Below are positions 25,080 to 32,000 of a DNA stretch of 32,000 nt, one piece after another. The position numbers were made by a program, and so were the translations under genes. The stretch comes from Candidatus Lokiarchaeum ossiferum (GTDB taxonomy: Archaea > Asgardarchaeota > Lokiarchaeia > Sigyniarchaeales > Promethearchaeaceae). Positions within the stretch are counted from its first letter, which is position 1. Every line of letters begins with the position of its first letter. A model generated the notes under the pieces. That model saw only the letters and a list, made by a program, of their open reading frames with translations, searched no databases and had not been told where the DNA came from. The DNA lies in the NCBI GenBank assembly GCA_025839675.1, contig CP104013.1:600001-632000 (forward strand). The letters are read 5' to 3'.

Positions 25080-27749
25080 CTATTTCCGATTCTTTTTCAG
25101 TTGAATAAATATACTGAAGATCGCTAAAATTCCACCAAACAGTAAAAATACAGTTGAATATCCGGGAATATTGGCAAAAATATTTTCAAAGGGGTTATCT
25201 CGAACAGTTGACATTGTGTCAGAGGTCTCAGAAGTTTCGGTCGTTTCAGTTGTTGTAGAAGAATCTTGGCCATCACCAGGATAACTACCAGCATCACGGG
25301 GATCTTTGCCCATTTTTACTTCATAGCCATCGAAATATCCATCATTATCAGTATCATCGTCCAAAGGATCAGTTCCCAGCTTGATTTCAAAATTATCATT
25401 CAAATTATCATTATCTGAATCAAGGCATAAAGGATCTGTATGATAAACCTCAATTTCAGAATAATCGTTCAATCCATCAGAGTCGGAATCCATCACTAAG
25501 GGATTTGTTCCATATTGATGCACTTCTGCACCATCCAGTATCCCATCAGTATCAGTATCTGATAAAAGATGATTCGTTCTATAGAGATATGTTTCTTCAT
25601 AATCGGCCAAAAAATCGTGATCAAAATCTGCGGGAAAGTCGGTAGAATTAGTGGGATCTGATATTTCAACACACCATTCGTCATGAAAACTAGGCAGAAT
25701 TTCCACCAGATCAGAGTAACCATCTCCATCTGAATCTACATTATATGGATTGGTCCCGTAATAATGTTCATATAACAAGGATAACCCATCCCCGTCGCTA
25801 TCAACTCCTGGATTACTGGAAATATCATAAGGATTTGTGCCCAAATCTAATTCAAGGGAATCAGAGAATCCATCCCAATCGCTATCAGCCCCTGGAAAAT
25901 CTAGGGGATCATTTGGATCTGTACCTCCCTTAACTTCATCTCGATCCCAAATTCCATCAAAATCAGAATCTGGATTGGTCGGATCAGTCCCCAATTCGAT
26001 TTCTTTTTCATACCACAATCCATCATTATCAGCATCAACACGAATTTCTCCTTTCCAAGTCATCTCATAAAATCTAAGAACATTCATAGGATTGCGTTTA
26101 GGTTCCGAAATCTCGTTGGCATATGCCCCTTGATAATTAGAAGTATATAAAAATGCCCATGGAGCTAAATCAATGATATCTTGTTGAATTTCGTAATAAA
26201 GATTTTCACGCGCAGTAGTATTATCTTCTACTAATCCAGCTTCCATCTTGGCATCAAGAGCTACATCATTAAGGTGTACATGATTTTGGCTTGATCCCCC
26301 CATAAATAGAGGGTTGACAAAATTGCTTGGATCATTATAATCGGGGCCCCAGCCAAACATAAAAACGTGACATGATCCATCACCAGCAAAAACTGCATCT
26401 AAAAATTCACCCCAGGTTTTTCCTTCGATAACCAAATTAATTCCAATTTTCGCAAAATTTTCTTTAGCTAAGTTCCCAACATTTTCTCGCATCATGTTTC
26501 CATCGTTGTACACGTAGTTGTAAGTTACAAGAGTGACCGATTCCCAGTCTTGGTCCGTTGATGATTCGCTTAGACCAAAACCACCTGGGACGATTCCTTG
26601 TTCATTTGCAGTGATCGCATCAAGCATGTGCAACCGTGCTGCAGTTAAGTTCATAAACGGAGCAGGAATTGACGGATCATGATACATTACCCCCTTAGGA
26701 ATTGCAGAAGTCATCTGAGCAAGTTGTCCTTCACCCAAAACGTTGATAATATAGGAATAGTTCAACGCATCTTGCATCGCTTTACGAGTATTTATATCAA
26801 CGAGGTTGCAATCGAATCCAAGATAAATAATGACAGATCCTTGCATTGGTGCACTGAGATAATGATTTGGACTCTTATCATAGTCCCACAACATATCCAT
26901 ATTAGGGGATTGTATAAAATCAATATCTCCAAAGAGAAAATCTTCATTCATTTTTAATGTATCATCATAACGAACCCATGTCATTTCTTGGATTGTTGGA
27001 GCGGGACCATAATAATCTTCGAAATAGGAAAATACTGTTTGGTTTTGAGTATTTGATATTTGTTGGTATGGTCCTGTTCCGATTAAAGTATCAGTTGCTG
27101 TATCGTACATATCAGCAGGAGTACTCCCAGGATAAGATGATAAGATTGAGGATCCGGTAAAACAAAGAAGAGCTTCAAATGGAACATATTTATAGTTTAA
27201 AGTGAATCGAACCGTATAATCGCCAAGAGCTTCAGTTTTATTAATAAGGAGGGGAGTTGCCCAATAAATTGATTCTAAGGGTTTATATAATTCTGTGATT
27301 TGAGTTACTGGATCGTTTGTACAGAAACCGTTCAATCGATCAAAAGTGAATACAACATCTTCAGCAGTCAAATCCGAACCATCATGGAATTTGACACCAG
27401 TTCTTAAATCAATGGTATAGTTCCATTGATTAGTATGATAACCCGGATTCCCTTCAACCCATGTTCCCAATCCGGTAGCTAATCGTGGTACAATTGCCAT
27501 ATTCGGATCATCTAAGTCATATGCGAACAAGCCTTCACAGATTTGCCCGATAAAATCACAAGATGCGCTATCCCATGCATATTGAGGCTCCATGTCAATA
27601 ACCAAACTAGTGGTTCCATAAATTAAGGGACGTAATTCAACCTCCGCACTAGATGGCGCTGTATTATACTGTGTTATATTGGATGTCGTACTAGGAATCA
27701 AAATATAACACATTAGGCTAAAAATTATTATTTTCTTTAGTATTTTCAT
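25080..27749 (-). CDS. Extracellular solute-binding protein (ABC family 5, Opp/Dpp-like) fused to thrombospondin type-3-like Ca-binding repeats, a Ser/Thr-rich linker and a C-terminal TM anchor
   Basis: Signal-like N-terminus MKILKKIIIFSLMCYILIPS. Residues ~40-560 carry family-5 SBP signatures (LATGLGTWVE..WNYTIDLRTGVKFHDGSDLTAEDVVFTFDRL; LIGTGPYQ; FMFGWGPDYNDPSNF). Residues 571-819 hold ~9-10 D-x-D-x-D-G-x-x-D-x-x-E repeats. Residues 829-846 read SSTTTETTETSETSDT. The C-terminus is IPGYSTVFLLFGGILAIFSIFIQLKKNRK. Confidence 0.85.
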   Translation of the reverse strand: MKILKKIIIFSLMCYILIPSTTSNITQYNTAPSSAEVELRPLIYGTTSLVIDMEPQYAWDSASCDFIGQICEGLFAYDLDDPNMAIVPRLATGLGTWVEGNPGYHTNQWNYTIDLRTGVKFHDGSDLTAEDVVFTFDRLNGFCTNDPVTQITELYKPLESIYWATPLLINKTEALGDYTVRFTLNYKYVPFEALLCFTGSSILSSYPGSTPADMYDTATDTLIGTGPYQQISNTQNQTVFSYFEDYYGPAPTIQEMTWVRYDDTLKMNEDFLFGDIDFIQSPNMDMLWDYDKSPNHYLSAPMQGSVIIYLGFDCNLVDINTRKAMQDALNYSYIINVLGEGQLAQMTSAIPKGVMYHDPSIPAPFMNLTAARLHMLDAITANEQGIVPGGFGLSESSTDQDWESVTLVTYNYVYNDGNMMRENVGNLAKENFAKIGINLVIEGKTWGEFLDAVFAGDGSCHVFMFGWGPDYNDPSNFVNPLFMGGSSQNHVHLNDVALDAKMEAGLVEDNTTARENLYYEIQQDIIDLAPWAFLYTSNYQGAYANEISEPKRNPMNVLRFYEMTWKGEIRVDADNDGLWYEKEIELGTDPTNPDSDFDGIWDRDEVKGGTDPNDPLDFPGADSDWDGFSDSLELDLGTNPYDISSNPGVDSDGDGLSLLYEHYYGTNPYNVDSDGDGYSDLVEILPSFHDEWCVEISDPTNSTDFPADFDHDFLADYEETYLYRTNHLLSDTDTDGILDGAEVHQYGTNPLVMDSDSDGLNDYSEIEVYHTDPLCLDSDNDNLNDNFEIKLGTDPLDDDTDNDGYFDGYEVKMGKDPRDAGSYPGDGQDSSTTTETTETSETSDTMSTVRDNPFENIFANIPGYSTVFLLFGGILAIFSIFIQLKKNRK
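25083..25169 (-). other. PGF-CTERM-like C-terminal sorting/anchor signal (PGY variant)
   Basis: P-G-Y tripeptide, then a hydrophobic helix (STVFLLFGGILAIFSIFIQL), then a basic tail (KKNRK). A Thr/Ser/Glu-rich linker precedes it. This is the tripartite layout of archaeosortase substrates. Confidence 0.4.
25293..26039 (-). repeat. Coding repeats: thrombospondin type-3-like calcium-binding motifs (DxDxDGxxDxxE ... GT(D/N)P)
   Basis: Cores in order: DADNDG, DSDFDG, DSDWDG, DSDGDG, DSDGDG, DFDHDF (degenerate), DTDTDG, DSDSDG, DSDNDN, DTDNDG. Most are followed by a G-T-D/N-P turn. Confidence 0.75.
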
Positions 27750-28103
27750 AAAAACTACCCGAATTTGTTTGTTTTTTTTTTTCTCAATTACTTTTTACAT
27801 CGTATTTCTGATAAATAGAAGTCAAAAATTAAGCTTAAAGTACATTTTTGAGAATAAATAATTTCTGTTTTTTTTTTCCTACGAAAAACGAGTCAAATGA
27901 ATTCTGAATAAAAAAAATCCCATTTTATTTAAGATTAAAATAAATAGATATATGTCAAGGGAATTAGCGGAAATTATTTGAAAAATTGTTATATTAGTCC
28001 ATCGTGGGAATTGAAAAAAACTATTGTATTGTGATAAAAGGGGAGTGATTTTTTAAATTAGAAAACAAAGAAGACTATTGACTCTATTTACTAAAAACCA
28101 ATC

Positions 28104-28113
28104 TTTTTAATAT
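28104..28113 (+). promoter_or_regulatory. TATA-box-like element upstream of the TPR gene
   Basis: TTTTTAATAT is centred ~25 nt upstream of ATG 28134, consistent with a leaderless archaeal transcript. Confidence 0.3.
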
Positions 28114-28133
28114 CCAAAAATTTTAGATTCTTT

Positions 28134-28928
28134 ATGACTTCTTATTCCCAAGATCTTGATCAATTTATGAAAACCTATAATAAATTGGTGTCAATTAACT
28201 CATATCATGAAGCAGAAGAAGCAATTGGGAAATTTTTACAAAAGTATCCAAAAAGTATTGAAGCAAGTTTAGAATTAGGATGGATTTATTATATGACGTA
28301 TAGATATATTGAAGCAGAACAAACCATCCAAAAAATCAGAGCAGAAATACCACCTTCCGATTCGAATATGCTCTGCAATATGTATTTTCTCTCAGCTCAA
28401 ATTTATTTAGGACAAGATTTGTATCATTCGGCAGAGGAACATGCACTACTCGCGTTGGAATTGGATGAAAAAAATAGCAAGATATTAGCCTTTATATTAA
28501 GACTTTTGAAAATTCAAGAGCGTTATTCTGATATTGTGAAGATGGTTAATCAATTTTCATCCACAATTAGCCAATCCATGAACGCTACAGTTTATTTCGC
28601 AGAAGCGCTAATATATTTGAACCGTTATTCGGAAGCTGAGCAAGTTATTAAATTTATATTATCCCAACAAGCCGATTTTGTCTTAGGACTTGTTCATTTA
28701 GCAAAAATTGAGAGGGAGAGGGGACATTTTGTGCAAGCAGAACAATTACTACTGAAAGCTACCCAATCTCATAATTATGTTGATGAATATGAACCATTTC
28801 TTGCGTGGGAACAATTAATTGACTTGTATTTGGAAATGGATGAACTCGACAAACACACAAAGGCCCAATCTGAGTTCAATCAATTAGTGGAGAATTACCG
28901 AATACGGTTCCCCAATTCAAATATTTAA
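28134..28928 (+). CDS. Tetratricopeptide-repeat (TPR) protein
   Basis: 264 aa of repeated ~34-aa helix-turn-helix units with the W/L-G-Y-A-F-A-P-type spacing, e.g. SIEASLELGWIYYMTYRYIEAEQTIQK, MYFLSAQIYLGQDLYHSAEEHALLALELD, YFAEALIYLNRYSEAEQVIKFIL, GLVHLAKIERERGHFVQAEQLLLKA. Confidence 0.7.
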   Translation: MTSYSQDLDQFMKTYNKLVSINSYHEAEEAIGKFLQKYPKSIEASLELGWIYYMTYRYIEAEQTIQKIRAEIPPSDSNMLCNMYFLSAQIYLGQDLYHSAEEHALLALELDEKNSKILAFILRLLKIQERYSDIVKMVNQFSSTISQSMNATVYFAEALIYLNRYSEAEQVIKFILSQQADFVLGLVHLAKIERERGHFVQAEQLLLKATQSHNYVDEYEPFLAWEQLIDLYLEMDELDKHTKAQSEFNQLVENYRIRFPNSNI

Positions 28929-29046
28929 AAATTGGAATTTAAATGACCTTGCTTGAATTTTAATACATAAAATCTCAGTTTATTCTGATGAGCACATAAA
29001 GATTTAGAGAATGAGGAAAAATAAAAAATGGGAAAGGAAGCCATTT

Positions 29047-29598
29047 TTAATCTACTGATTTTGCTTCAAATGTGATAGGATACCGAGCAATTCTATAAAT
29101 GACCAGAATTGGCATCAATATCCACATTAAATTGGCTAAGATAACCACCCACCAATGATCATTACCAGCATAAGCAGGATCCACAAATTCGGTAAATAAA
29201 ATGATAGACACATTCGTGAGCATTATAGAAGCCCACATAATGCTTGGGATCCGAATCCAGTTTTTGCCTTTAATAAAAGCAAAAATTGCGACTGCATAAA
29301 ATGGTCCAAAAAGAATAACATCAATCCAAATGGTAGCGCGCCACCAGACTGGTCGTTCTAATAAAGCAGGATCAAAATTTGCCCCAACCCAATGATTGAG
29401 ATCTACAATGAATTTTGGAGGCCAGGAAGGATATACAAATGCGCTTGTGCCCCATGTTGAATGATCTAAGACTACTAGTTGCTCAATATCAAAAAGATAT
29501 GAGATAAAAACCAAATTGAAAGCAAAAAAGACGATAAGAATCAAGTCAATAATTTTCATTGGTTTTATCCGATTATGTAGAGGGATATTTTCCGACAT
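29047..29598 (-). CDS. EXPERA-domain membrane protein (TMEM97 / sigma-2 receptor / EBP superfamily)
   Basis: 183 aa with 4 TM helices. DPALLERPVWWRATIWIDVILFGPFYAVAIFAFIKGKNWIRIPSIMWASIMLTNVSIILFTEF aligns by eye with human TMEM97 as I recall it: [65 protein letters not shown]. Length and TM layout also match. Confidence 0.75.
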   Translation of the reverse strand: MSENIPLHNRIKPMKIIDLILIVFFAFNLVFISYLFDIEQLVVLDHSTWGTSAFVYPSWPPKFIVDLNHWVGANFDPALLERPVWWRATIWIDVILFGPFYAVAIFAFIKGKNWIRIPSIMWASIMLTNVSIILFTEFVDPAYAGNDHWWVVILANLMWILMPILVIYRIARYPITFEAKSVD

Positions 29599-29743
29599 AT
29601 AGACTACCTATTTTACACAAATTTCTTCTCAAAGAAATATATTGATTGGGATTAATGCAAAATTTAGATATAAACTTTATTAAACGAGTAGGAACATATA
29701 ATACATGATTTTTTCTAAAAATTTATTTGAGAGATAGTCGTAA

Positions 29744-30601
29744 ATGAAACATCAATTTAAAAAACAATACGGACCTTTTGCATTGATTGCCGGAGCATCA
29801 CAAGGAATAGGCGAAGCTTTTGCTCGAGAAATTGCGAGAAGAGGAGTAAATGTCATATTAATATCACGTCGGAAGAATGAATTAGAAAAAATTGCAAATG
29901 AAATCATGGAAGAATTTGCTATTAAAGCACTCCCAATTGTTTTGGATTTAACCCAAGAAAATGTTGAATGTGAGATTAAAAAAATTGTGACTAGCTACGA
30001 AATCAATTTGTTGGTCTACAATGCTGCCCTTTCTCCTATTGGATCTTTTTTTAATCCTTCTCTGACAACCCACCGGGAAGTAATTAAACTTAATTGTCGA
30101 GGTCCAATGGAATGGAGTTATAGATTGATTCCGGATATGTGCAAACGAGGACACGGAGGAGTGATATTAATGTCTTCTCTAACTGCATTTCAAGGTTCTC
30201 CCTTTGTTGCGCATTATGGAGCTACGAAAGCATACAACCTTAGTTTAGCAGAAGCATTATGGGATGAATGTCGGGCATTTAATGTTCATGTAATGGCTGT
30301 TACAGCCGGAGCAACATCTACACCTAATTTTATAGCAAGTAAACCAAGAATAAATAACATTATAAAGCCCCCCATTCAATCTCCTCAAGAAGTCGCAGAA
30401 CAAAGTCTGAATGCCTTACATCGTAATATTCCATTTTTTATTCCGGGCTGGAAAAATCGATTAAGTAGTTTCGTTTTAAGGAAATTATTACCTCGTTCTT
30501 GGGCAATTAAACTTATTGGGCAGATGAATCGTAAAATGTATGACCACGAATCTGAAAAAAAAACAATTAGCACAAAAAAAGTGAGGGATCAATTAAACTA
30601 A
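29744..30601 (+). CDS. Classical short-chain dehydrogenase/reductase, 17beta-HSD / 3-ketoacyl reductase-like
   Basis: Cofactor motif ALIAGASQGIGEAFAREIARRG. NAA motif (VYNAA). Catalytic S...YGATKAY (Y-x-x-x-K). The overall order and the C-terminal LPRSWAIKLIGQMNRKM resemble the HSD17B12/KAR group (..NLPSWIYLKIVMNMNKS..) as I recall it. Confidence 0.8.
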   Translation: MKHQFKKQYGPFALIAGASQGIGEAFAREIARRGVNVILISRRKNELEKIANEIMEEFAIKALPIVLDLTQENVECEIKKIVTSYEINLLVYNAALSPIGSFFNPSLTTHREVIKLNCRGPMEWSYRLIPDMCKRGHGGVILMSSLTAFQGSPFVAHYGATKAYNLSLAEALWDECRAFNVHVMAVTAGATSTPNFIASKPRINNIIKPPIQSPQEVAEQSLNALHRNIPFFIPGWKNRLSSFVLRKLLPRSWAIKLIGQMNRKMYDHESEKKTISTKKVRDQLN

Positions 30602-30869
30602 GAATAATAAGGTAAAAGAAAGTTTGCCAAGTTAAGGTAGAAAAAAATTCATTGAAAAAACGAATGAGCACTGTAATTTGTTTAATTTAGGGAAATTCTT
30701 TTTTTTTTGCTTACTACACCAATGATTATGAAGATTAACACCAAACCTCCAGCAATCCCACCCAAATATTCTATTGGAAGTGGTAATAATCGTTAAAGAA
30801 GTACAATATGTTTAAAATAATCTTACAAAGATTTAAATTGTCAAGTTAGCTTTACATAAATAGCAAGAA

Positions 30870-30889
30870 ATGTAAAGGAACCTTTACAT
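30870..30889. promoter_or_regulatory. Perfect palindrome ATGTAAAGG-AA-CCTTTACAT (candidate operator or hairpin) ~100 nt upstream of the 30986 gene
   Basis: 9-bp arms with a 2-nt spacer. A third copy of the half-site, CTTTACAT, lies at 30850-30857. Confidence 0.3.
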
Positions 30890-30985
30890 TTAAGCAAAAA
30901 ATGATCCTACCTTTTCTCCACTCTAGCGAACGCTATCGAAGATAGGATCCAGAAAAACTGTAAACCTCACAGGAAAATTACATAA

Positions 30986-31438
30986 ATGACATATATCCCC
31001 ATAATTGCCCCTATCCTTACTGGGCAAAGTAACCATCGAGGTAGTAAAGCTCGAACCGCCGGAATCATGATGATTTTCATCATGGGAATCATAGCCTTTT
31101 TAGGATTCTATTTGTTTAGAATGAACTCTACAGGAAGAACTTTTTCAATTTCCTTCGAACCCGTAATCATGATCTTACTTTTTGTTATCATGGGAGTTGT
31201 AATAGTTACCACAATGATATATAAAGCGGAAATGAATTCAAAGAATTCAGTTAATACACAAAGACCAATGGATACGCATGAAATTCGTCTCTCCAGTCAC
31301 CCAACATTCCAGCAAAAATCTAATGTGATTTTAAATTGTCCCGCCTGCCAGAATTCCTTGGATGAAATGGCGCTTGAAGGATTACTCGAAAATAAAGTAG
31401 TTTATTGTCAATTTTGCGGGGAGAAAATCCACCGATAA
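30986..31438 (+). CDS. Membrane protein with a C-terminal zinc-ribbon
   Basis: Two hydrophobic helices (AGIMMIFIMGIIAFLGFYLF; PVIMILLFVIMGVVIVTTMIY), then CPACQ..x20..CQFCG. 150 aa. The start could be further downstream. Confidence 0.55.
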   Translation: MTYIPIIAPILTGQSNHRGSKARTAGIMMIFIMGIIAFLGFYLFRMNSTGRTFSISFEPVIMILLFVIMGVVIVTTMIYKAEMNSKNSVNTQRPMDTHEIRLSSHPTFQQKSNVILNCPACQNSLDEMALEGLLENKVVYCQFCGEKIHR

Positions 31439-31538
31439 TTTTTTATTCACTGAAAAGAAAGGAACTGCAGATTTGCGAGATTGCTTCTAACTTCAAAAAA
31501 TAACAAATCATAATAAATATCAAAAGGAATATAAAATA

Positions 31539-32000
31539 ATGGGACACACATTTGAACCGGTTATTGGCACTTTGGAATCCAGCTATGTGAAGAAACAGCT
31601 CATTGCAACAACCTTGGCAATGGCGATAATCAACTTATCGATCATTATTATGGGTTGGGTCATGCAATTAGTATTAGCTGAACAAACCCCTAATGGCTTA
31701 TGGACAGTAATTCTTCTGATTGTTGCTGCTCTATTTATCATACCGGTATATCTGGCCTATCTTTTTGGAAATATTTATATAAAAAACTTTTCCTATGAAA
31801 TCTCCGAACAGTTTATCGTGATCAAGCGCGGAGTTTTTGCACGGACGAAGACATCTATTCCATTTAGCAGAGTTCAAAATGTTAATGTTCATCAAAGTTT
31901 GTTAGATAGATGGTTAAATTTATTTACAATCAAAATTGAAACGGCAGGAGCGGTTAGCTTGGAATCGAACGCCCTATCGGAAGGATACATCCCTGCTTTA
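31539..32000 (+). CDS. Membrane protein with a bacterial PH (bPH_2, YdbS/YdbT-like) domain; 3' end outside the window
   Basis: Absent from the ORF track because there is no stop in the window. ATG at 31539, open to the window end. Two TM helices, then FSYEISEQFIVIKRGVFARTKTSIPFSRVQNVNVHQSLLDRWLNLFTIKIETAG. This matches the membrane-flanked bPH_2 pattern (..G....R....IP..RIQ.V...Q....R..GL..L.I.TAG). Confidence 0.6.
   Translation, partial: MGHTFEPVIGTLESSYVKKQLIATTLAMAIINLSIIIMGWVMQLVLAEQTPNGLWTVILLIVAALFIIPVYLAYLFGNIYIKNFSYEISEQFIVIKRGVFARTKTSIPFSRVQNVNVHQSLLDRWLNLFTIKIETAGAVSLESNALSEGYIPAL

Noticed and set aside
25293-26039. Periodic DNA repeats considered as a possible CRISPR-like or satellite array
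   Set aside because: The periodicity is at the protein level (DxDxDG Ca-binding repeats) inside a continuous ORF. The repeat units are not identical at the DNA level, and there is no repeat-spacer structure.
30685-30792. A minus-strand open stretch encoding ..LPIEYLGGIAGGLVLIFIIIGVVSKKKRISLN, which resembles the C-terminal TM anchor of a surface protein
   Set aside because: Only 36 codons lie between stops, there is no ATG, and no upstream coding continuation exists. It may be a relic of a degraded surface-protein gene, but that cannot be supported from this window alone.

Overview
This is an AT-rich window (roughly 30% GC by eye) with about 31 protein-coding genes on both strands. The intergenic spacers are long and A/T-rich. 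Several ATGs have TATA-like boxes 25-30 nt upstream, and many stop codons are followed by oligo-T tracts. That layout looks archaeal. The family mix (longin-like, EXPERA/TMEM97-like, NIPA-like, a PGF-CTERM-like anchor, many winged-helix proteins) makes me suspect an Asgard (Loki-like) archaeon, but this is inference only. I saw no rRNA, tRNA, CRISPR array, transposase or integrase.

Recognisable content:
- a partial GNAT acetyltransferase
- two paralogous double-winged-helix regulators
- a tight four-gene operon: two small 2-TM proteins, a patatin-like phospholipase and a NIPA/DMT-like permease
- a flavodoxin-like protein and an NTF2/SnoaL-like protein
- a zinc-ribbon/TM/DUF4097 beta-helix repeat protein
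- two CrtI-family flavoenzymes
- an M28 peptidase
- a divergent cluster: Rieske oxygenase plus tocopherol-cyclase-like protein on one side, CrtI-like flavoenzyme plus FNR-[2Fe-2S] reductase on the other
- an isochorismatase-family hydrolase
- an E2-acyltransferase-like protein
- a large family-5 solute-binding protein fused to thrombospondin-type-3 Ca-binding repeats
- a TPR protein
- an EXPERA (TMEM97-like) membrane protein divergent from a 17beta-HSD/ketoacyl-reductase-like SDR
- a partial bacterial-PH-domain membrane protein

Most interesting observations:
- the O2-dependent isoprenoid/lipid-tailoring cluster
- the EXPERA + SDR pair
- a 7-TM protein with a C-terminal longin/AP-sigma-like domain
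- a CorA-like protein lacking the GMN motif, bracketed by two 52-aa paralogous ORFs that the ORF track missed

All family calls rest on motifs read by eye and on remembered reference sequences. None has been checked by a search.
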